Shown one piece after another: positions 27,843 through 38,768 of a stretch of 64,000 bases of DNA (the first letter of the stretch is position 1; each line of letters opens with the position of its first letter). Made by a program: the position numbers and the translations under genes. The stretch lies in contig CM097885.1 in the NCBI GenBank assembly GCA_044892525.1, forward strand, positions 237,710,001 through 237,774,000, read 5' to 3'. Under the pieces are notes generated by a model. It ran no database searches, had not been told where the DNA came from, and saw nothing but the letters and a program-made list of their open reading frames with translations. The stretch is from Schmidtea polychroa (Eukaryota).

Positions 27843-28127
27843 ATTTACATCAACTCAAATTTAACAAGGTTAGTCACACAAATCGAATTCTGAAATCAAA
27901 CAAATGCATTTAATAAAAATTAAAATCATCGACATACACAACCGCCGCCCGCCCCGAAGGGGCTGGGCGGTAGTTTGTAAATTTGGTTTATTTTGAATAT
28001 TATTATTTGATACATAGTTTTATTATTTACAATATTCAAAGTATTAATAACAAAGGTAAAGAAATAAATGTTTATATTATGATACTCATTAATATACATT
28101 GAACATGCTTTACATTTGCGAACATTT
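27100..28127 (+). repeat. Polinton left terminal inverted repeat
   Basis: Near-identical reverse complement of 43585-44622 (continuous to ~28075, then a short indel). Confidence 0.95.
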
Positions 28128-28473
28128 TAAATTTGGAATTTTAAGGATTACCTTCGATAGATTATATTGAATAATGGTTCATTAAAAAGGTCTCATTTTT
28201 TTTTTGGATTTTTGTGAAAAGTTGTAGGTTAGGCTGAAAATTAATTAGTAAAAAAAAAATTGGCACTTTTTGTGTTGTCGAAATAATTGAAATAAATATT
28301 AAAAAAAAAATGTAAAAACTGAAAGGTTAAATATCATTGCAAGTTTGCTTGTCTTTTTATTATATGTATCGTGTTGAAATATCTAATTTTCTTATAATCT
28401 ATCTATCGATCATCTTGTTGCTTTGAATAATAGTATAAACATAATTATTTTTTCATTTTAATTATTTTCAACC

Positions 28474-28858
28474 ATGTCGGAAAAAGGTAAAATATGAATT
28501 TTATGTTTATTAATTCTTTTTTTTTTATTTAGCATATATAATCAACTTTTTGATTGAAAAATTAGAGGAAATATCTAATGTAAAAATTAGAGAATTTATG
28601 AATGTTCCAGAGAAATTAAAATGGCCGTATTCAGACGATGAAATTAATGAAGATGATATGTCATATGAATCTGAAAATATTTCCCAGCAAGAAGATGAAT
28701 ATACTGATTTGCCTAGTGAAGAACTTAAGTCATGTATTGAGAATTCTACAACAGATAAATTACCAAATGAATCTAAAGAAGATGAATCTATTGTTTCTAC
28801 TAATTGTATTGATCATATTGTTGAAAATATAATGAAAAGAGATTGTATTGAAGATTAA
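28474..28858 (+). CDS. Polinton acidic hypothetical protein (intron 28487-28532)
   Basis: accATG TCG GAA AAA G|gt..ag|CA joins in frame to ORF 28550-28858; AATAAA overlaps the stop. Confidence 0.65.
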
Positions 28859-28930
28859 TAAATTTGAAACTTTAGTTATTTTCAATGATTTAAAAACACC
28901 AAAACACTAATAAAGATGTATTAAATAAAT

Positions 28931-29522
28931 TTAACATGAACAATGTTCCTCTTCAAACTTATCTTCGGCTTTTATAATTTTCCAAATTGGTTTGATTCGG
29001 TCTCTGCTTACATTATACCCTTGAATTAATATGGTAACCATGCAGGTTATTTTGCTCATCTTACCACCATTGGGAATCATATCCAAATCGTTTCTAATGA
29101 ACATATCTTCATCATCAAATTCAATATTTTCATTGATCCTCTGAAATAATTGTCCCAATAGCATCTTGTCATGAAACTTGATTTTGGAAAGTCTCACATT
29201 GTAGAAACATTTTTCCAGAGTTACTGGTTCCTAACAATAAATAATAATAATAAAATCCAAAATAATTTATAGAAACTTACCTTAAATGTATAGGAAATTG
29301 GACAATACAAATAATTTAGTTTGTATTGCATGAATTCGACTGGCTTTTTTGTATCCACTCGAACATTGACCAAGGTTTCCGAGGATAATGTCGCTTCTTT
29401 AAATTTCCGTTTTCCGAATTCCTGAGCGGCATCTGCATTTTTTCTCTTCAAAACTCCTAGATTAAAAAACTAATAAATGGAATATGTGTAAACGACAACA
29501 AACCTGTAATTTGATTATCCAT
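28931..29522 (-). CDS. Polinton hypothetical protein, 3 exons (introns 29457-29503 and 29231-29280)
   Basis: Two GT-AG introns join ATG 29522 and ORFs 29221-29451 and 28931-29197 into one frame (MDNQITG|VLKRK..YTFK|EPVTLEKCFYNVRLSK..). Confidence 0.7.
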
Positions 29523-29724
29523 TTGTAGTTATAATATTTAATAATTTGAACCAGATATTTTATACTAATTTCATTGTAAACAAGTTTCAAGTGACAGGCA
29601 TGATCAAAACGTGATCAACTAGTTCATTTTATGCTAAATAACAAAGTCTGAAATGATTTATTGTACACAAAGAAATATTATAGGTTAGTTAAGGTTATCA
29701 CAAAACAAATATAATTATATTTTA

Positions 29725-30093
29725 TTACAACAATACATTTTTTCGCAATTTCACAAGTAATGCATGAATTATTTCTCGTTTCTGTAGATTTACAAAACAT
29801 GTACAACTATCATCCCCACAAGTATTCTGCATATTATTTTTACAAAAATCACAATTTTCAACATCATCGGTATAACATGTAATCGTAGCATGATCCATAT
29901 GAATTAAATCTATTACATTTATTCCAGTTATTTCATAAATTTTGTAAAACACAACTTCTGGAGCACAATACATTAAGGAATTGTTCAAATTCGGATAAAA
30001 ATCTTCAATTTTATCAATCAAAATTTTTAGTATAGTTTCTAAACAAAAATCAGTAAATTTAAAATAAAAACAGTTACCTTCATGTTCAATCAT
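29725..30093 (-). CDS. Polinton Cys-rich hypothetical protein
   Basis: Open frame; likely ATG overlaps the stop of the TBP-like gene (ATGATTGA); H-x4-C..CxxC..C..CxC cluster. Confidence 0.6.
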   Translation of the reverse strand: MIEHEGNCFYFKFTDFCLETILKILIDKIEDFYPNLNNSLMYCAPEVVFYKIYEITGINVIDLIHMDHATITCYTDDVENCDFCKNNMQNTCGDDSCTCFVNLQKREIIHALLVKLRKNVLL

Positions 30094-30598
30094 TGTTGAA
30101 TAAATATTCAAGCAAATCCTCATTACTTATATTTGAAGAAATTGTTAAAGATCCAATCAAATCCTTTACATCGTTTATAATTCCTTCAACAATAGTATGA
30201 AAATCTAAATTTTTAATACCTAGTACAACTATTTTACCACTCGAAAATATATTTACACATAGTGGATTATATTTTGTATAACGCAGAGCGGGAAATAATT
30301 CAGGCTCATATATACAATCTCCATCTAATAACTTTGCTAAATTATTCAAATTAATAGATTGTTCAACCTTGGTAGCTATAGTAAGACTTTGAACTTGAAT
30401 ATCTTTGATATTATATTGCAAATTCTTGAATTCGATAGGCTTCTTACAACCCATTATACGACATTTACCATTTTTGAAAAATATAATAGTATATTTTCCA
30501 GTTTTGTCTACATATTGTTGTGGTTTACACTTGGGGAAATTCATCATACCAACAGTTTCCAAAGACACACGACCTCTATAATTAATATTTGTCAACAT
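30086..30598 (-). CDS. TATA-binding protein (TBP)-like protein
   Basis: YEPELFPALRY...VNIFSSGKIVVLGIK matches TBP repeat 2; IIFFKNGKCRIMGCK matches the end of repeat 1. Confidence 0.85.
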   Translation of the reverse strand: MLTNINYRGRVSLETVGMMNFPKCKPQQYVDKTGKYTIIFFKNGKCRIMGCKKPIEFKNLQYNIKDIQVQSLTIATKVEQSINLNNLAKLLDGDCIYEPELFPALRYTKYNPLCVNIFSSGKIVVLGIKNLDFHTIVEGIINDVKDLIGSLTISSNISNEDLLEYLFNND

Positions 30599-30719
30599 TT
30601 CTACTGAATATTTATAAAAATCAAGTATATATATATATATATATATTATATTATAGAGTAATTAAATCAATTTATTCTTTACGATATAAACAAAATTAAT
30701 TTTTAAATAAATATTAAAA

Positions 30720-31346
30720 ATGGAACTAAGAAATGATGCTGTATATCAAATAGTCGGACCAAGTGGTAGCGGCAAAACTTTGTTTGTTTGCAAATTACTA
30801 AAATCACATTTATTTGAATCAAAATTTAACAAAATTTATTGGCATCGAGGTGCTGATCAAGAACACGGATTGACTCAATCAAGTTTCTGTAAATTGAAAA
30901 ATATGAAAATAGTAGAGGGATTTGATAAAAATTGGTCCAGTAGACTAAAGAAGGGGGATGTCATAATTATTGATGACTTGTATCAAGAAGCTAATAAAGA
31001 AAAGAATTTCAATAATTTATTTACTAAAATCAGTAGACACGTTGGTGTAACTGTTATTTTTATAACTCAAAATCTATTTCATCAAGGTGGTGCACATCGA
31101 ACACGTAATTTAAATGTACAATATTTAGTTATTTTTAAGAATCCTAGAGATGCAACAGTGATTGATTTTCTTGCACGTCAAGCATACCCTAACAATCGTA
31201 ATTTTCTTATCAGTGCATTTCAAGATGCTACAAAAATACTTCATGGATATATATTTCTTGATTTCACACAACAATGTCCCGATGATTTACGAGTAAAAAC
31301 AGATATTTTCAACCCAAAAGGTGCCATGGTTTATAAACAAAGTTGA
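30720..31346 (+). CDS. DNA packaging ATPase (A32/FtsK-HerA family)
   Basis: Walker A GPSGSGKT, Walker B IIIDD, LFTKISRH..VIFITQN, FKNPRD. Confidence 0.93.
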   Translation: MELRNDAVYQIVGPSGSGKTLFVCKLLKSHLFESKFNKIYWHRGADQEHGLTQSSFCKLKNMKIVEGFDKNWSSRLKKGDVIIIDDLYQEANKEKNFNNLFTKISRHVGVTVIFITQNLFHQGGAHRTRNLNVQYLVIFKNPRDATVIDFLARQAYPNNRNFLISAFQDATKILHGYIFLDFTQQCPDDLRVKTDIFNPKGAMVYKQS

Positions 31347-31364
31347 AAACCTCTATGAATAATA

Positions 31365-31898
31365 ATGTTTCTAAAAGCAAGGGTGAAAAATATTAGGAAA
31401 TTAAGAAAAAGTATTAAAAAGAGTATTAAAGTTCCAAAGGTTCCACCAACAACTAGTTATACACCATCTAAAAAACTTGTAACTGAAAATTTCTCTGCAA
31501 TGAATCTTATTTCGAAAAATCCTAAACCTAAACGTGAAACCCGTAAAACCCGTAAAGCCGGTAAAAAAGTAATTAAAAATCATCGCAGTTTTCCATTTTT
31601 TAATGCATTGTTAAAGGCCCCGAATATGAAAAGAATGAATATATTGCAATCATTCCCAAATTTTGTTGTCGATGATTTACTCAATATTATACTTAAAGTA
31701 GTCAAAGGCAAAATTAAAATCAGTAAATCAAAAAAGCATTTATTGAGCAAACATAGGAAACCTTTGTTATCATTAGTAAATAATAAAAATGGTAAGCAAA
31801 TGAGGAAAATTATATATAAACAACAAGGTGGATTTATTGGTGCATTGATACCTCTGGCATTATCATTATTAGGTGGAGTTGTAGGAAATCAATCATAA
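31365..31898 (+). CDS. Basic putative virion core protein with pX-like C-terminus
   Basis: Lys/Arg-rich; ends KQQGGFIGALIPLALSLLGG (QxGG followed by a hydrophobic tail), typical of Polinton core proteins. Confidence 0.7.
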   Translation: MFLKARVKNIRKLRKSIKKSIKVPKVPPTTSYTPSKKLVTENFSAMNLISKNPKPKRETRKTRKAGKKVIKNHRSFPFFNALLKAPNMKRMNILQSFPNFVVDDLLNIILKVVKGKIKISKSKKHLLSKHRKPLLSLVNNKNGKQMRKIIYKQQGGFIGALIPLALSLLGGVVGNQS

Positions 31899-31959
31899 AC
31901 AATGGGTGCTAATCCTTCATTACCTAATTTAAATTTAAATTTTAAATCTTCTTGCTGTA

Positions 31960-32347
31960 ATGGAGAAGATTTGGACGAACCCAGAAGACGAAGCCGGTTT
32001 CGGTGGAGTGGCAAAATTAAAGAAAAGAGTTCCGAATTCGAAAAAAGAAACCCAGAAGTGGTTATCAGATCAGCTTGCGTACAGTTTGAACAAACCAATG
32101 CGGAAAAGATTTCCAACAAGAGCCTATAAAACATTTGGTATTGACGATTTATGGCAAATGGATTTGATGGAGATGATACCGTATTCGAAAATTAACAATG
32201 GGAATAAATATATTTTAACATGTATTAATGTATTCAGCAGGTTTGCACGAGCAATACCAGTCAAGGCAAAATCTGCAGATGAAATGTCAAAGGCAATTAA
32301 TATTTTATTTAAAGATGGACATCCTAATAACTTGCAAACAGATTTGG

Positions 32348-32436
<89 letters not shown>

Positions 32437-33066
32437 TTAGGTAAAGAATTCTACAATAACAAAGTTAAGCAAATCCTCGATAAACTGAAAATAAATCACT
32501 ACTCGGTACATTCTCAATACAAAGCTGCCCATGTTGAAAGATTTAATCGAACACTGAGAGATAGATTAAAGAAATTATTCGTGCATCAAGGTAATAAAAA
32601 ATGGGTAAATGCTTTACCGAAAATAATAACAAGTTATAATCATTCATCACATCGAGGACTGAATGGATTGAGACCGGTTGATATTACATCAAAAACATTC
32701 TATTCTAAGAAATCTGTAAAAATTGCAAAACCTAAATATAAAGTCGGTGATCGTGTTAGAATTAGTAAAATTAGTGCATCACCATTTATTAAAAATTTTG
32801 ATACAAATTGGAGTGATGAAGTCTTTGTAATTTCAAAAATAAATACTAAACAGAATCCTGTAATGTATGTCATCAAAGACAGTGATAATAATATTGTACA
32901 AGGGAAATTTTATGAGCAGGAATTACAAGTCATTCCTCCTCCAAAGGTATTTAGAATTCAAAAAATATTGAAAACTAAAAAGGTCGGCAAGGATAAACAA
33001 TACTATGTCAAATGGCATGGTTATCAAAACCCGTCATGGATATCAGCAAAGGACCTAGTAAAGTGA
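31960..33066 (+). CDS. Retroviral-like (rve) integrase with C-terminal chromodomain; intron 32348-32440
   Basis: DDE residues in WQMD, QTDLG|KEF and VERFNRTL; YYVKWHGY..SWI chromodomain; removing the 93-nt GT-AG intron restores QTDLGKEF. Confidence 0.95.
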
Positions 33067-34079
33067 ATTTTTATACTATTTTACCGAGCAATAGTTGCCC
33101 ATTAATTCATCCAGACAATCAAGCCAGTAAATTTATGGTCAATCTCCAGAATCCGATTTCTCTAAATGGTGACTGGGAAGTTGCACTGCAAGATTTTACA
33201 TTCGTGTACAACACATTCCCATTTTATAGTCAATGTAAGATTGATTTCAAAAGGAATATTGTGAAAACATGTAGCGGTATCTTTATTATTAGTAATTATG
33301 ATAAAACATATCATATTCCGAACCAAATATTAGATTCGCATTGCTATATATTTTACAAGGATGGATTAAATATCAGTTGTGATTTTAAACCATTTACAAT
33401 AACATTCGAAACTATTGAAGATGCCAAACGAATGGGTTGCAATAAGCTGAAAAATATTGTTATGGAGACCGAGTATTTATTACGTTTTAATCTATTTGAA
33501 GCAAACAGTATAGTGAAAGAAGAAATAAAAATATCTGTGTCGTATAATGATGAAGTTGAAGAATCATTCACCTTTGCTGATGAATTATATTTTGATAAAC
33601 TTGATGTATTACTTAAATATTTAAAGTTCAATTGTTCACACATATTTAAAAATTTGGAAATTGTGAAAGATTTGATGTTTACCTTCAGTTTGAATGAGGA
33701 TATTTGCGAAGTTACATTTGATAAAAATTTGGCAAATTCACTTGGATTAGATAAGCAAAAATATAGAGAAAAATCGACTGGTATACGCAAACCAAGAATA
33801 CTAGAACATCATCAACAAATGTTCATATATACTAACATTATCGAACCCATAATTGTTGGTGATTCCAGTGTTCCTCTTTTGAAATCGGTATGGATTGGAA
33901 AATATGAACATGATGAAGTTGTCAATATAAATATCGATAATCCCATGTATTTACCAATAGCAAGTTCATGTATAAACAATATAGAAATAAATATTCGTGA
34001 TGATAGTGGAAAACTTATAAACTTTCCAAAAGGTTCAAAAACTCATTTGACATTACATTTTCGTAAAGTAGATGGCTAA
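33012..34079 (+). CDS. Minor capsid (penton) protein
   Basis: FYTILPSNS..PDN..F.V.L..PI.L.GDWEVAL N-terminus; YTNIIEPIIVGD..PLL and IEINIRDDSG..LTLHFR C-terminus. Confidence 0.88.
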   Translation: MAWLSKPVMDISKGPSKVNFYTILPSNSCPLIHPDNQASKFMVNLQNPISLNGDWEVALQDFTFVYNTFPFYSQCKIDFKRNIVKTCSGIFIISNYDKTYHIPNQILDSHCYIFYKDGLNISCDFKPFTITFETIEDAKRMGCNKLKNIVMETEYLLRFNLFEANSIVKEEIKISVSYNDEVEESFTFADELYFDKLDVLLKYLKFNCSHIFKNLEIVKDLMFTFSLNEDICEVTFDKNLANSLGLDKQKYREKSTGIRKPRILEHHQQMFIYTNIIEPIIVGDSSVPLLKSVWIGKYEHDEVVNINIDNPMYLPIASSCINNIEINIRDDSGKLINFPKGSKTHLTLHFRKVDG

Positions 34080-34440
34080 TTCTGATATTATTAGTATGTA
34101 TAGTGATAGCCAATCTGGCGGTGAATTACCATATTTTATTGGTAAACAGTACGGATCGGGATGGTTGAGAACAATTGGTAGATTTGCATTGCCTATTCTT
34201 AAACGTATTGGTAGTTTTGGTATGAAAACTGCAAAAGATGTTATTATGAATGAACAGAAAATATTACCATCTCTAAAATCAAATGCTTTAGCTGAATTAG
34301 GGAAAGTTTTACCAGGGGTTGCAGGTATGTTTCAAAAAGAAAAACCTCCAGCTCCAGCTCCAGCTCCAAAACGTAAAAGACATGGAATATCACGTATAAA
34401 CAAACGAATGAAAGGACATGGAACTATATTTGCAAAATGA
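34072..34440 (+). CDS. Small virion protein with amphipathic helix (PZ-like, probable)
   Basis: QSGG and QYGSG motifs followed by WLRTIGRFALPILKRIG; conserved position between the penton and MCP genes. Confidence 0.7.
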   Translation: MANSDIISMYSDSQSGGELPYFIGKQYGSGWLRTIGRFALPILKRIGSFGMKTAKDVIMNEQKILPSLKSNALAELGKVLPGVAGMFQKEKPPAPAPAPKRKRHGISRINKRMKGHGTIFAK

Positions 34441-35660
34441 TTTGTGGTAAATCTGAATTATGCATATTTGATAGACCATCGCCCCAGGCTGTAATAGAAT
34501 TTGGGGCATTTGAGGAAGTTTTTCCTATGAATTCAATTACCGATAGTAGAAATGATGTAGAATTTTACATCAATGGTTCTCAAACAGAATATTTAGATTT
34601 GAATGATACTTTATTGACTGTTCAAATCAAGGTTATAGATAAAGATAAAAAGGCTTTGGGTGATGCTGATGCTACAATACCTAATAATTTTTTGTTTCAT
34701 ACACTTTTTAAAGATGCTATTCTTGGATTTAATAATATCAAGATTGAAGGTGGCAACAATACATATATCCACAAGGCGATAATAGAAACTATTTTAAATT
34801 ATAATACCGACACCAACAATACATGTCTTACTCCTATGGGTTATGCAGCAAGTGATGACGAACGGAAAAAATGGATTAAAGGCTCAAAGATTTTCACCAT
34901 GTGTTCATCATTACAACTCGATTTTATGGATCAACCAAAATATTTACTTCCAGGAGTCAATGTACACATTAGACTGAAAAGAACCGATTCTTCTTTATCA
35001 TTAACTAGTGGTGCTGGTCAACCAATATGTCAATTAGTTGATGCAAAATTACTAGTAAGAAGAGTTCGAGTTGATCCGTCGGTATTAGCAGGTCATCAGT
35101 TGGGTCTTAATTCTAAGCATGCAATCTATCCTCTGAAAACAAAAGAAATTGTTTCATTTGCAATAGCCAAAGGTGCTTCTTCCTTCTATAAGGAACAAAT
35201 ATTTGGAGATAGAAGAATGCCAAACTTTATTCTGGTAACATTTCAAGGTGAAGCACAATATAATGGTTCATATAGTGCCTCCAGCTCAATTTTCAAAACC
35301 TTTGGTGTTACATCTCTAACTTTGTCGAAAAATACTGATTATCGAGAAACATATACTCAAGATTTCGATAGTGACAATTACTGTGCTACATATATGCAGA
35401 GTATTGTTAGAAATATGGGATATTTAGATAAAAATTTGAATTGCGGCATAACTCTTGAAGAATTCAAATCCAAATATCCATTCTTTACATTTGTTTTGGC
35501 CCCAGATTTTGATTTGAATCAGAGTCAATTACCTCAAAATGGAAATTTACGATTAGATATAAAGTTTGCAAAAGCTATTACAGAACCTGTGCATGTTATA
35601 ATATATGGAGTATTTGAAAATGAAGTTCAAATTACTGCAAATAGAACCGTTCTGGTATAA
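34437..35660 (+). CDS. Major capsid protein (double jelly-roll)
   Basis: KSELCIF..P.Q..IE, YLDLNDTLL, QPKYLLPGV, GNLRLDIKFA motifs; ATGA overlap with the upstream gene. Confidence 0.9.
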   Translation: MICGKSELCIFDRPSPQAVIEFGAFEEVFPMNSITDSRNDVEFYINGSQTEYLDLNDTLLTVQIKVIDKDKKALGDADATIPNNFLFHTLFKDAILGFNNIKIEGGNNTYIHKAIIETILNYNTDTNNTCLTPMGYAASDDERKKWIKGSKIFTMCSSLQLDFMDQPKYLLPGVNVHIRLKRTDSSLSLTSGAGQPICQLVDAKLLVRRVRVDPSVLAGHQLGLNSKHAIYPLKTKEIVSFAIAKGASSFYKEQIFGDRRMPNFILVTFQGEAQYNGSYSASSSIFKTFGVTSLTLSKNTDYRETYTQDFDSDNYCATYMQSIVRNMGYLDKNLNCGITLEEFKSKYPFFTFVLAPDFDLNQSQLPQNGNLRLDIKFAKAITEPVHVIIYGVFENEVQITANRTVLV

Positions 35661-35687
35661 ATGTATACAGAAATACAGAAAGTTGTC

Positions 35688-36064
35688 ATGGAGTAAGTTG
35701 TTTTTTATACTGTTTAATTTATTAAAATAGTTCTGTTCAGGTTAATCGAATTGGAAAACAAATATTAGGAAATGAATTTTTAGGAGTTTTTCCTCTCGAT
35801 AAAATACCATTTTTGAAAAATAATCAAGCCATAATCGTCAATACCCATTCATCTCATCTCGGCGGAGAGCATTGGATTGCAATCTATATGAAACCAGATA
35901 AGATACATGTATTCGATCCTATGGGTTTCTATTATCCTGCTTTATTGGTTTCGAAACTACAAACGATGGGCAAACCTATTGTATATAATAAAACAATGTA
36001 TCAACACCCTTTAACTCGTACGTGCGGACAACATTGTTTAGGATGGCTTATGTCTATTAAATAA
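35688..36064 (+). CDS. Adenain-like cysteine protease (intron 35693-35730)
   Basis: Spliced N-terminus MD|SVQVNRIGKQILGNEFLGVFPLD; catalytic GEHW, FDPMG, Q..CGQHC; an in-frame upstream ATG at 35661 is also possible. Confidence 0.9.
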
Positions 36065-36134
36065 TAAATGTTTTTATAAAAATGTGTTTTTATTATTTTA
36101 TAATTATTATTATGTTTTATTATTATTATTATTA

Positions 36135-36183
<49 letters not shown>

Positions 36184-36447
36184 GTTTTATTATTTTTAAA
36201 TATGTTTTATATTATTAGAATATTAAAAAATTCAGTCATGCACGGTGCATGATCCGTACATGATTAATAGTAATTGTAATGGTAATAATAATAATAAATT
36301 TAATTGTACTTTATTCTAAGACTGACCGGATTCGCAAGTAATTAGAATAAATATTTGTTTAAAATGTCAATTTTACAGGTTTATATAAACTTATTATTTA
36401 TATAAGTTCGTAAAGTTGTCTCTGAAAAATCAAAATCCAAAAATTCG

Positions 36448-36858
36448 ATGAACAATTCCAGTAATATTTTACGTGCTCTCTTAACGAACAGCAATGGTAA
36501 TTTATTATTATTATTATTAATATTTCTAATTATTTATTTTCAGATAATTTAGATTGGTATGATGTGTCTGAAAATGAAGAACTGTTGGATTTGGAACATA
36601 TTTTCGGTGAATTTTTTAAATTTGAGTTATTAATATTATTATTGTCTTAGAACCAATAACAATTGAAGATGATGACGATGCTTCAATTATTATTATTGAG
36701 GACGATGTTTTAGGTAAATTTATTTATTTATTTATTAAATTATTTAATAAATTATTATTGATACAGAAAATGATGCCACCGTTTCTATTGAGGAGGAAAG
36801 AGAAATTAATGCCCCCGTTTCTATTGGGGAGGAAAAAGATTTGGAGGAGACTTGTTAG
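36448..36858 (+). CDS. Four-exon 88-aa acidic protein (not in the ORF track)
   Basis: Exons 36448-36496, 36544-36606, 36651-36713 and 36767-36858; three phase-1 GT-AG introns (47, 44, 53 nt) give one open frame. Confidence 0.7.
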
Positions 36859-37067
36859 TATTAATTTATTTTTAAGTATATTTTTTATAAAGTTTATTTT
36901 AAATCTATTTTATAAGCTTTAAATGTATATAAATAAATATTAATACTATAATGTCAGTATATGATGTATATAAGTATGTATATAAAATATACAGTATATA
37001 CATACTTATGCTATTTTTTTTTCTATCGTCATATAGTTCGCAGTCAGCATGCAACTATTGTCTTCTG

Positions 37068-38640
<1,573 letters not shown>

Positions 38641-38768
38641 CCCCATATAAATATCAATAAATACATGATAATAATATTGAATAAAAACATTGCAATAACT
38701 CTACAATAAAATTACATTATGAATATACTTTTTATGATTAATATTTTTTCAATAATTTATAAATATAT

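Noticed and set aside
32348..32440. Poly-Ile transmembrane segment in the integrase
   Set aside because: Bounded by GT..AG, and removal restores the conserved QTDxGKEF motif, so it is better explained as an intron
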